Positions 51,229 to 63,439 of a stretch of 64,000 nucleotides of DNA are shown in pieces. Every line of letters begins with the position of its first letter. Position 1 is the first letter of the stretch. Origin of the DNA: Eledone cirrhosa (Eukaryota); contig OZ024740.1 of the NCBI GenBank assembly GCA_964016885.1, positions 107,322,001-107,386,000 of the forward strand. Reading direction: 5' to 3'. Under the pieces are notes generated by a model. It worked only from the letters and a program-made list of their open reading frames with translations. It was not told where the DNA came from and made no database searches. The translations under genes were made by a program, and so were the position numbers.

Positions 51229-54200
51229 CTGGAAAGAAAATATACAGATTAAGACATCACACACATTATTAACAGATATCCTACATATTATTAACAGATA
51301 TCCTACATATTATTAACAGATATCCTACATATTATTAACAGATATCCTACATATTATTAACAGATATCCCACTTATTATTAACAGATATCCCACACATTA
51401 ACAGATATCCTACACATTATTAACAGATGTCCTACATATTATTAACATATATCCCACTTATTATTAACATATATCTCACTTATTATTAACAGATATCCCA
51501 CACATTAACAGATATCCCACATATTATCAGATATCCTACATATTATTAACAGATATCCTACATATTAACAGATATCCTACATATTATTAACAGATATCCC
51601 ATATATTAACAGATATCCCACACATTAACAGATATCCTACATATTATTGACAGATATCCCAAATTTCAAAAGGCATCCAACTTATCAACAGGTTGTAATA
51701 ACAGAAGAGCCAGAGAGAAGAAAGAGTGTGCTGGTGAATGATTGTTTGCTAAGAACCTGGATGGTATTTTTATCATAAACATAATCTAACATTATTGTTT
51801 GAGTTGTAAAATTTATACATTTTGAGATGTATCAACAAAACAACCTATTCTTGAAATTAACATGCAAGTGGCTGAGCATTCCACAGACATGTATACCCTT
51901 AATGTAATTCTTAAGGAGATTTAGGTTTAGAATAGGTACACTGTATTCCTGCTTGTTGTAAGAAGCAACTAAAAAGGTTGGTGTCAGGAAAGGCATCCAG
52001 CTGTAAAATATTGTCTCAAAATGCTCCATCCAACCCATGCCAGCATGGAAGAAAAGTCAAATTAAAAACGATGATGATGATTCAACATAAAACAGCGTGT
52101 GATAAGGCTGGCTCTTTGAATTACAGGACCTTATGGTTATGGAGCAAATGTCTTAACTATTTGGCCATGCTGCATCAACACACACAAAGGTTAAATTACA
52201 AAAAAACATCTACTGCTTCTTTAGTAGCATCTGCCATTGTATCTGTTGACCATAGGCAGACCATGGAATCTTCCCCTCCAGTTACCAAACTGTTTGTCTG
52301 AAATTGAAAATGGAAAAAAAAACATTATAAAAGATCTTAGTTGTTACATTAAATATACAAATTTCATATAAGATTTAAATACAGATTTCTGTACCAAAGC
52401 AATACAAGATTGAAATGAAATTGTGTAAATATATCTCAGCTGCAGAGTGCACAATTTAGTATCAAATTTCTCTGGATTGTCACTCTTGTTAAATCACTTG
52501 CTTCCTAGTTACACAACCTGCTAGAAATAGCAGATAAATCTCCAACTGATATACCCTATTTGGGTATGTCAGAATAGAAAAAGTGGTCCTACACACATTA
52601 TGAACAGATATAAAAACTTTCTTCAGTCACAAATGACCATGGGATTTGCACCTAGAAAGTTCCCCTCTGAGGCCGCAAGACTGGGCAAAGTTGTTTGTGA
52701 AAGACCAGCAGTTGCCCATGCATACCAGTTTCACCTCTCAGATCTTGTCCAAAGGAAAGACAATGGCCAATACAGCTTGGCACCAGTGACATCACGACTC
52801 ATTTCTACAGCTGAATAAACTGGAGCAACATAGTGTCTTGCTCAAGAACACAACATATCACCCAATCCAAAAATTGAACTCACAACCTCTCGATTGCAAG
52901 CCCAATGCTCTAACCACTAAGCTATGTGCCTAACAGATATAGGAGTAAACAAAAGCAATGTTGGTAAAAATATTCAAGAAACTGGTTTATAAAATATTTG
53001 TGCCCCATGTGTCATTAAAATATACCCTTGGTATCACTGCAATGTATTGTTAGTTCCACATGTGCCCTTTGTCAAATTACATTAGTATCTTCTGTCTCGA
53101 TATAAAACTATATCATAACAAATAAATGTTATTTCCTTTTTATATTTACAGTTGGCACAAGAGGCTGCTACAAATCCATGTTGCAGTTTGAATTTGCAGA
53201 CCCATTCAACATTCAAAATATTTAAGTGTTTATTATAAAAATAACTTCCAGCATCAAGGAAACATTTCAACCAATACATAACATCAACAAGCAGTGACTA
53301 GCCTTGCATGGGGATGGAAGGGGAAAACTCATGACAAGATTCGAGCACATCATGGTGTCCTTTTTGAGACGTTACAGTCTGAAGCCCTTCCTGACACCAA
53401 CTCTTTCAGGTGCCACTTATGACATGCAGAGATATAGCGTACCTATACTAAACTGAATACACACATCATTTTTTAAAAACTGCGACAAACTAACAAACAA
53501 ATAAAAAAGAAAAGAGTGATCATCAAATCAAACAAAGAAACAATGTTTCCATTGGTTTTTCCATTACTGATATTATCTGCTAATCACAACTCCTGGTGGA
53601 AGAAAGGCAATGAGTCCAATTATCAGATTAGACAAAGGAAACAATGTTTCCATCGATCTTTCCATTACTAATATTGTCGGAACTCTTGGCAGAAGCATCA
53701 TTGCTTTTACAATGACAAGAAATGGGTTTTAACCCTTTAACATTTACATTACTCTATATTTACTATTATATTTTCACAGTAAAGGCTTTACTTCACATAA
53801 CTATTTCACATAATATCGAATCTGAGATTTTTATATTTATTTTGAGAACAATAATTTAACATCAGTATGAGCGACCAGTTACAGCCAGTCTGAACAGAAA
53901 GAAGTGAGAGAATTCTGGCCGGATACTGCCGGTTTAAATGTTCAAGGGTTAAACACAAAAGATATGGAACTGGAACAATAACACAAAGAATCCCATCCAT
54001 CTCTTTGACAACTCTACCACCCCTACACTGGTACTTTGTTTACTGACACATAGAGAATGCAAGGCAAAGTTAATGTTGGCGAGATTTTAATTCAGAGTGC
54101 AGAGAGATGGAACTAATACTGAGGCACTTAATTTGATGTTCTAACAACTCTGTCAAGCCACCAAATCATCATTATCATTGCTATTTAGCATCTATCTTCC

Positions 54201-57200
54201 ATGACTTGCATGAATTAGATGTATTGTGGCGAGCTGAGTTCAGATTGGTCAGGTAATTGCATTCTGCTCATGCGCTCCATTTGGGCTTGGTTTTTATGCC
54301 TGAATTCCCTTCCTAATACCAATCACTTCACAATGTGTACTAAAAGCATGGTGCATTTTATCATGGCACCAGCACTACCTCATTTAGAAATATTTTTAAA
54401 AACTCACCAATTTATCCCAATGAAGACAACGGATTATTCCAGTGTGACCACCACTCAGTGAACAAATTGTTTCCAAATCTTTACTATTAGAGAATTCCAA
54501 GATACTCAGGTCACCACTAAAACAAACAAACAAACAAAATAATAATAATTCTTTCTTACATTGATACAAGGAAAGGAAAATTGATTATATTGACTCCAGT
54601 ACTTGACTGGTATTTTATTTTATCAACCCTAGAAGGTTAAAAGGCAAAGTTGTTCTAAGCATGATTTGAACCCAGACTGAAAAAAGCCATAACTAAATAG
54701 TACTAGATAGACAAAAATTAAGCTTGTTGAAATTTGAACTCAGAGCACAAGCAAAACAAATACAACAAACTATTCTACCAAGTACCCTAATGACTCTGCC
54801 AATTTGAAATAGAAATATATCAAGTTAACAATTTTATTACCAAACTGTCAAAGTATAAGCCACTCTCTCATAGGTTTGTGGTTGAGCCTGTGGCAGTGGA
54901 GACTTCCAGCATTCTTTTGTCCAGACCACATCCCTGCTCACTGCTATCGGAGCAGAATTGGCTGCTTGCAGGTGCAAGTCCAGCGAGGTGGAGTGGCTGT
55001 TCCAGCATGTCTCCCTCACTGTCCTCCAAGACAATGTCTTCCCCTTTTGGCCAGAACCACAAGGCGAACAACATATTAGGGCAGGAGTAAGACGAAAGGG
55101 TTAAAAATGCTGACACATACACACATATTCAAATAATTTTTGAAATAATCAAGAAACTTTCTCATTATTATGCTGTTGTTTAGAACGTAACAAATGTTTT
55201 CACATAAAATTATGATGGAAAGTTTTTAGATAAATATAGAAACTTTAAAATATAGTTTCATAATGTAGAACTAGTTTGGGTTTCAAAAAGTTTGGAATCA
55301 GAAGAGTTAATGAAGATTTTCCCAATAATAAATGGAAAACATGTTTGAAAAGCGAAATAAAATAGATATTTACTTCTTTTTTCCTGCAAGAATCAGCCAC
55401 TGATTATTTTGTTCACTTCCGATATAATCAACAATATATTCAACTTTGTCCTGAAAACATAAACACATCAACTAATTTTCACATCAATTTTGTATATTGT
55501 ATATTATATTTTTGTTATAATATATTTAATAATCATCATCATCATCTTTTAACTTCCAAAGAAAAACGAATGTTAAACGATAACGATTCTTTTACTTATT
55601 CCAGTCATTAGATGGAGACCATGAAGCATCACCTTGAATTAGTCTATCATATGGACCACAGTACTTATTTTTCATATTTTATTGATCTCATTTTTGTCAA
55701 ACCATATGCATGCATATGGTTCGACAAACACACACACACACACAGACAGACAGACAGAGGCTTCTGACAACTAAATTTCAGTCACAACAAATTAGTCAAC
55801 TTGAGGCTATTGTAGAAGACATTTTACCATGGTGCCGTGTAGTAGGGCTGAACACAGAACCACATGGTTGTAAAGCAAATTCGTTAACCAGAAAGGCATA
55901 CCTGCATCTCTATTTCTATATTATTGGATATATTAGACATTAAATATATTACATTCACTAACTCTTAATACCTGCTAATAATCTAGCAGAAAATACCTAA
56001 ATACAGGTTTGTGATTTAAATATTTGTAGTAACTTCATTTGTGGACACGCTGTTGTGAACATTTTCAGTATTAGAGTAATTTTTAATGCGATATAACCAA
56101 CATGCTGTTTTATACTTTTCAAGAACGATTTGCTGAGGTTTCATGTGGTATAGGATGTTAAGAGTTACAGCATTCAAACTGGCCGTATCCGACCATCTGT
56201 TCAAACCAGCCATAACTGGCCACTCATACCTATGTTAAGGTATTGTTCTAAAAATTATAATAGCAAAATCTCATAGATTCGATATTATGTGAGATAATTA
56301 TGTGAAGTAAAGCCTTTACTGTGAAAATACAATACTAAATATAGAGTAATGTAAATGCTAAAGGGTTAACGAAGACTTCTGAAAGCCAGTACAATGCAGT
56401 AAAAATATATAAAGGGTAAATAAAACTAAACATAGTAATGTTTTTTCCCAGTATATTTCAACATGTTATTTCAGGGTTAAGACCCTCGTTTCAAATGCAA
56501 AACAAAAACAATGGGTAAAAAATATTACTTTGTAATCTTTTGCCCTTTATATAGATCTACTGCATTGTACTGGCTTCTGAAGCCCTCACCAATCAATTAT
56601 TACATATCACACAATGTTTCATACTAACTATACTATCATCATCATCATCATCATCAACGTTTAACGTCCGTGTTCCACGCTTGCATGGGTTTGGACGGGG
56701 GTAGTCCCACTTGGGCAAGAGTGATTGTCTTGCTCGCATAGGACTGTCTGGCAGGTTTTCTACAGTTGGATGCCCTTCCTAACACCAACCACATTTACAG
56801 TGTGGGTCTGGGAGGTTTTTACCGTGTTGCCTACACGGCCACATTACAGCGTGGACTGTGTGTTTTTTTGTCGCGACACCTACACGATCCCATCCGCTTC
56901 GGCCCGGATGGCGCGGCACCAACATAACTTTACATAGAACGGGGTGGTGTGGATGGGGCGGGGGTGGCGGCGGGAGGGGTGTATCCTGTTAGAGATGCCT
57001 ACTGGCAAGGCGGGTCCTCTCTGTTACCGAGCACCGCCAAAGGTCACGGTCCAGTGACATTGTCCTGGAGAGGTGCAAGAGTGTGAGGTCGGAGTTTATC
57101 AGCTCATAATTCTAATAAATTAAAAATGGTTAAAGTTAATAAAAAAAAAAACTATTTTAAGGCTATTTCCCTTATTAAAGTAGAGGTTACTCTTGCAGAC

Positions 57201-58696
57201 CCTATGACAGACTTTCTACTCATCATGAGGTATCTTTTTAAGCAATGCCTTACAGCCAGACACCCTTCCTGGTGCCAACCTTTTTAGTTGCCTCTTACAA
57301 CATGCAGATATTATACTATGTAGTTATTTTAAACCTGATACACAAAACACGTGAAAAATTAGTTGAAAATTACATGTAAATGATTTCATCAAGAAGAAAA
57401 AAAAAAAATCCAGATGTAAACAGTTTTTTTTCAAACTGAAATATTTAAAGAACACTAAAATCCTCCAAAGTACTTACCTTCAGTTTTTCTTTCACATCTG
57501 TCATCTGGTATAAAAGATCACCCTACACAGAGAAAAATTATATAAGTAAGACTCATCTATAGCTTTATGTCTTATGTAATTAAAGTTTGCAGGAGATGAG
57601 GAAGACCTATGAAGATGTGATGTATACAGTGAAAGTGTTGAAAGTTAATATCTTACACCAGTTAGTATATTGACCCTTTTGTTATATTGTCAAAGAACAA
57701 CACCGTCAATAATTTTCAAATGATTTTGAAAATAATCAAGAATTTGGAGAGATTTAGTAATATAGCAATAAAATTTTCATTTTTAAGTTGATGTTTGAAA
57801 CATAACTTAACAAAGGTTCTTACACAGAATTATGATAGGGTTTTGGATAATTATAAACACTTTAAAACAAACAGTTTTTTTGTATCATAAAACCAGGGTA
57901 AGTTTTAGGTGGTTTGGTGTCAGAAAAGTTAATGTATATCTTCAATAATTAGTATTTACAGGAAGAAAGTCTTGGAAATTAATATCTGAAAGTTAATATA
58001 CACCAGTGTGTATATTAAGAGCAAGACATGGTTACCTGAGCTGTCAGAGGCCAAGTTTGTTGACCTCCTCGTGGTGGTGGAAACTGATCACTCATCTTAA
58101 TCAGGTAAATGATAACCTAAGTTCAACTCATATGTAAGAAGAGAACCTGAGCTGTTTAGTCTCATAACATGACAGTTCGTCTATTTCCATGCAAGCATGG
58201 AAAATAGACGTCTAACAGTGATGATGATGATAGTAATGATAATATAGATCCACATGAGCAAGAAGACATGGTCTCTGGACCTGACTTGTCACAATAACCC
58301 ATGCAAGCATGGAAAATGGATGTTAAACAGTGATGGTGATGTTGCTGATGATGATCAGTAAATATTTGTAAGAAAGGAATACAAATGAAGAAAATTAAAG
58401 AAACTTTACAAAATGATACTCATCAAACTTGAACCAGCTTTGACCCCTTTGATACCAAACTGTCTAAAAATCACCCTTGGTTCTATGATACAAAACTGTT
58501 TATTTTAAAGTGTTTATATTTAACAAAAGGATTACTACACAGTTCAAGAAACAAGTAATTCTTTAAAAGAACAAAAAGATGTCAATGTAAATGGATTTAG
58601 AATACATACCTCTGTGGAATCCCACACATGAAAAGTATCCACATGAGTTGTACAATATATTTGGTCATACCTAGGAGAACACCATCCAACAAAAGC
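51178..58696 (-). CDS. WDR89: WD repeat-containing protein 89, 3' part: join(58610-58696, 57478-57522, 55374-55450, 54408-54516, 52214-52297, 51178-51228); 5' exons not found in this window
   Basis: Spliced translation AFVGWCSPRYDQIYCTTHVDTFHVWD...DKVEYIVDY...LSGGHTGIIRCLHWD...SLVTGGEDSMVCLWS...KTFAPY* matches recalled WDR89 motifs (QIYCMTH, GGHAATVR, LLTGGED); GT-AG introns in phase. Confidence 0.9.
51266..51660. repeat. 22/19-bp minisatellite (TTAACAGATATCCTACATATTA), about 19 copies
   Basis: Visible periodicity. Confidence 0.95.
52214..52297 (-). CDS. WDR89: WDR89 exon (TNSLVTGGEDSMVCLWSTDTMADATKEA); donor position uncertain
   Basis: TTTCAG acceptor; LVTGGED motif; the best in-phase donor is the weak GCA|GTAGAT. 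Confidence 0.85.
53729..53952. mobile_element. TTAA-flanked MITE (piggyBac-like CCC...GGG termini)
   Basis: TTAACCCTTTAACATTTA...TAAATGTTCAAGGGTTAA; copies at 33433-33662 and 56158-56369. Confidence 0.75.
54408..54516 (-). CDS. WDR89: WDR89 exon (GDLSILEFSNSKDLETICSLSGGHTGIIRCLHWDKL)
   Basis: TTTTAG acceptor, GTGAGT donor, 109 nt; WD40 GH motif. Confidence 0.92.
55374..55450 (-). CDS. WDR89: WDR89 exon (DKVEYIVDYIGSEQNNQWLILAGKK)
   Basis: TTTTCAG acceptor, GTAAAT donor, 77 nt; phase fits the next exon. Confidence 0.85.
56636..57105 (-). mobile_element. RTE family A 3' end carrying a cluster of T>C (element-strand A>G) changes
   Basis: Aligns with 59527-60022 and with 19806-20290 (reverse complement). 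Confidence 0.92.
57478..57522 (-). CDS. WDR89: WDR89 exon (GDLLYQMTDVKEKLK)
   Basis: TAG acceptor, GTAAGT donor, 45 nt, phase 0-0. Confidence 0.82.
58610..58696 (-). CDS. WDR89: WDR89 exon (AFVGWCSPRYDQIYCTTHVDTFHVWDSTE)
   Basis: TTTTCAG acceptor, GTATGT donor, 87 nt. Confidence 0.9.
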
Positions 58697-59526
58697 CTGA
58701 AAATTAAAAGAACAAAAACATAAATTAATTGGTCATTTGTATAAAAACTTTTAATCTACCGTATATGCTGGTGTACAATTTGGAGCCTAAAAACATATCT
58801 CCAAAACCGGGGTCGACTTGTCCTCCAAATATAAAATGTGGAAATATGCATGCTGCTACACCTGAACTACACCTCAGAATTTTAGGGGTCGATATCAGCA
58901 CCAGATCAACTTGTACGCTGGCATATATGGTAGTCTATCATAAAAGTAAGATTGATTATATTTGATTTTATGACACGTTCTGAGGACAATAAAATATAAT
59001 ACTGACCAAGTAATGAGAATCAATATAATAGATTACATATCACTGACAAAATATTTTTCTGGACATGTGTTTATCTTAGAAACAATTACTAATATTATTA
59101 AAAGACCAATAACTATACTATTAATATCATTATTACTAGTACATACGTCCCTTTATGATCTGAGTTCAAATCCTGCCGAGGTTAACTTTGCCTTTCATCC
59201 TTACGGGGTCGATAAAATAAAGTACCAATAATACACTGGGTAATTTCTGGCCTTGTGCCAAAAGTAGAATCAATTATTACTAGTACATAAACCATTGTTT
59301 TTCAGATGGAATAATATTGTTTCTTCAGCAAATAAAGTAAAGTGGTCGTGTAGCACCCAGCCCACACTGTAAATGTAGTTGGTGTTAGGAATGGCCTCCA
59401 GCTGTAGAAACCAAGCCAGAAACAGTTCTGTATGAGTAAGACACGGTCACCTCACCTAACTTGCCTCAAACGGGACAACCTATATAACCCATGCTAGTTT
59501 GGAAATGGACATTAAACAATGATGAT

Positions 59527-60250
59527 ATCATCATCATCATCATCATCAACGTTTAACGTCCGTGTTCCACGCTTGCATGGGTTTGGACGGGGGTAGTCCC
59601 ACTTGAGGCAAGAGTGATTGTCTTGCTCGCATAGGACTGTCTGGCAGGTTTTCTACAGTTGGATGCCCTTCCTAACACCAACCACATTTACAGTGTGGGT
59701 CTGGGAGGTTTTTACCGTGTTGCCTACACGGCCACATTACAGCGTGGACTGTGTGTTTTTTGTCGTGACACCTACACGATCTCATTTGTTTCGGCCTCGA
59801 TGGCGCGGCACCAACATAACTTTACATAGAACGGGGTGGTGTGGATCGGGTGGGGGTGGTGGGACGGGGTGTATTTTGTTAGAGATGCCTACTGGCTGGA
59901 GTAGGTTTTACTATATATTTAGGTAAGGCGGGTCTTCTCTGTTACTGAGTACCGCCAAAGGTCTCGGTCCAGTGACATTGTCTTGGAGAGGTGTAAGTGT
60001 GTGATGTCGGAGTTTATCAGCTCGTCCCAGGTTTTTCTAGGTCTGCCTATTCCGTGACTACCGTCTATCTTTATTGCCCTGCACTTTGTTATACAGCTAT
60101 CGACTTTCATGCGCATCACGTGTCCATACCAACGTAGCCTTCTCTCGAGTAAACAACATCTGATCCCTCTTATCTCTAATTTATTCCTTAGTTCGTTTAT
60201 GCTTTGCCGTTCACGTATATTACTGTTACACATCCAGCGGAGCATGCAAG
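59527..60250 (-). mobile_element. RTE family A 3' fragment
   Basis: [14 protein letters not shown]...EKTRLT* followed by the 3'UTR. Confidence 0.93.
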
Positions 60251-60295
60251 ATATAAATACATATATATATATACCATCATCATCATCATCATCAT

Positions 60296-60622
60296 CATTT
60301 CATTTTACGTCTGCTTTTTCCCTGCTTGCAAGGGTGGGACGGGAACTGATTCTGGCTTGATTTCTACAGCTGGATGCCCTTCCTAACACCAACCTCCTTT
60401 ACAGTGAGTGCTGGGTGCTTTTTTGCCGTGGCACCTCCACGACCACTTTGCAGTAGAATGATAGGGACCCCAGTCCCTATCATCTCATTTCTACAGCTGA
60501 GTAAACTGAAGCAATGTGAAATAAAGTGTCTTGCTCAAGGAAACAACACATCACCCGGTCTGAGAATTGAACTCACTACCTTTCGATTGCAAGGCCAATG
60601 CTCTAACCACTAAGCCATGTGC
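60296..60622 (-). mobile_element. Mosaic SINE (tRNA head + core + RTE-derived tail)
   Basis: Further copies at 15911-16254(-), 20702-20975(-), 22798-23081(+), 36256-36477(+) and 39380-39685(+). Confidence 0.85.
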
Positions 60623-62401
60623 ATCATCACCGTTTAATGTCTACTTTTCCATGCAAGCATGGGTTAGGCGAGTTATCCTGTTGCGAGCAATGCCATGGTA
60701 ATGTGACCATGTCATGCTCATACAGAACCGATTTTGGCTTGGTTTCTACAGCTGGATGCCCTTCCTAGCGCCAACCTCATTTACAGTGAGTACTGGGTGC
60801 TATTTGTCATGATGCCTACACGACCACTTTACAGTGTGAACTGGATGCTATTTGTCACGATACCTACTCGACCACTTCAGTGTAGTCTGGGTGCTTTTTG
60901 CTGACATCTACACAGTCTGGGCTGGAGGCTTCACTGAATGTAACTTAAGCTTATCCTCATGGGAGAATATGGGAGTGTGTGGGGTGTTACATACTATATA
61001 TATGCTTCAGGTACAGCCTGTTCTCATGGGAATTTGGGTCTTCTGTACTGTGTAAGGCCAGAGATCTCGGTCCTGTGTTATTGCTTTTGAGAGGTGTAAT
61101 TGGGTGAGATCAGCTTTTATCACTTTGTCCCAAGTTTTCCTGGGTATCCTCACTTCAAGACATCCATTGACTTTGAGTGCTCCGCACCTTTTTATACATC
61201 TGTCATCCTTCATTTACACATTACATGTCCATACCAATGCAACCTCTTCTCCTGCTCACTGCATCTAATTCCTCTTATGCCTAATTTCTCTCTCAGCTCA
61301 TTTGTGCTTTGCCATTCACGTATATTACTATCACATATCCATCGGAGCATGCAAGCTTCATTTCTTTCCAATCTACGCAAGTCTTGTGCACACAGCACCC
61401 AGGTCTCATTACTATGCAACGTTGCTGTTTGTATGCATGCATCATAAATCTTGAGGGAAAGACCTTTCTTATTCTGGATACTGTACTTTCGGAACACCCA
61501 CCTCCACTGCTAATTTGGTCACCCAGGTAGCAGAAGCTGTTTACTATTTCTACTGAGCCTTCCCAGAATATGATACCGATTGTTTCCTGTGGTTGTTTGG
61601 TGCTTTCACCCGGTCCAATGGCTACATATAAAGCCTACATTCTTAGCTAAACTTACTGAGATCTCACTACATCTCTTGTGTACCCATAGTTTGCATTTGG
61701 GACAGAAGATGGAATTCATACCTACACCTTTCCTACATACAGAACAAGGCAATTTCCTTGAGGGGTTCAGGGTTCTGTTTTCTCTTCTACTTACTAGGAC
61801 CTTAGTCTTTATCAGGTTGACTTTAAGACCCTTTCTTTCTAGGCTCTGCTTCCATGTTTGGAATTTCTTCTCTAGTTCCAACATAGATTCTGCTATGAGT
61901 GTAAGATCATCCATGGGCTGCTATGAGTGTAAGATCATACAGGAGTTCCCATGGGCTGCCTGTCATAAACTCCTCTGTTATAGCCTGTAGTAAAATAATA
62001 AACAGGAGAGGGCTAAGAACATAGCCCTGGTGGACACCAAACTGTACGCTAAATTCCTCGCTATAGTCATTGTTAATCCTAACTTTGCTGACTGCTCACC
62101 TACACATGGCTTGTACAGCTTTCACAAGCCACTCATCTATTCCTAGTTTTCTAAGAGCCCACCAGATTACAGCATGGGGCACTCTGTCGAAAGCTTCTTC
62201 TAGGTTGAGAAATGCCAGGTAGAGCAACTTACTTTTAGCTAAGTACTTTTCCTGTAACTGCCTCACCAGGAAGAGAGCATCTGTGGTGCTTTTGCCTGGC
62301 ACAAATCCAAATTGCATCTCCTCTAGATTTACTCAGTCCCTAATCAGCTGCAGTATAACTCTTTCTGTTACTTTTATGACCTGGTCCATCAGCTTTATGC
62401 C

Positions 62402-62402
<1 letters not shown>
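60623..62402 (-). mobile_element. Older RTE family C copy, 5'-truncated
   Basis: [27 protein letters not shown]; stops and frameshifts; distinct 3'UTR. Confidence 0.92.
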
Positions 62403-62439
<37 letters not shown>

Positions 62440-62519
62440 CATATATATATACATATATCTATATACATATATATATATATACATATACATATATATATGT
62501 ATACATATATATACATAAA

Positions 62520-62550
<31 letters not shown>

Positions 62551-62840
62551 CATACATATATATATATATATATATACACATATATATATATACTCCCATG
62601 GGTACAAGCTGAAGCATATAGACAATATATATAGGCATATTGTCTATATGCTTCAGCTTGTACCCATGGGAGTATATATATATATGTGTATATATAGATA
62701 TATATACATATATATATATACATATATATACATATATATATATACATATACATACATACATATATATACATATACATACATACATATACATATACATACG
62801 TACATATATATATATATATATATAGACACATATATATATA

Positions 62841-63172
62841 TACTCCCATGGGTACAAGCTGAAGCATATAGACAATATGCCCCCCACCCCCCACCCCCAC
62901 TGCAAGGTGGTCGTGGAGGTGCCACGGCAAAAAAGCACCCAGCCCACACTGTAAAGTGGACGTGTAGGCGCCACAAAAAAGCACCCAGCACTCACTGTAA
63001 ATGAGGTTGGTGTTAGGAAGGGCATCCAGCTGTAGAAATCAAGCCAAATCAGTTCCTGTATGAGCAAGGCAGTGTCAGCCGACCAGACACTGCCCACAAC
63101 AGGACAACCCATCTAACCCATGCTAGCGTGGAAGAACGGACGTAAAACGGTGATGATGATGATGATGATGAT
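62841..63172 (+). mobile_element. RTE 3'UTR fragment of the same family as 8217-8711
   Basis: Direct similarity; (GAT)n tail. Confidence 0.88.
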
Positions 63173-63439
63173 ATATATACATATATATATATATGGTGGC
63201 TGCCAACTCGTTTTCGAGTACGGCCACTACTTTATATCCATGTAGGAGAACCCCTACCGATGCGCTGAACGAGTGTGACTTTTTAGTCCAGCCAGCGACT
63301 TGAAAACTCTGGTACAAACACTACACTTGTGACAATTACTGACACATAGTGCTGGGCCCATGGTACCATGTGACGACAAGTGCAGAGAGATCTCCAGATA
63401 TAAAGCAATGCCTGTGCCGTGAAGCTTTTATAGTGACCC

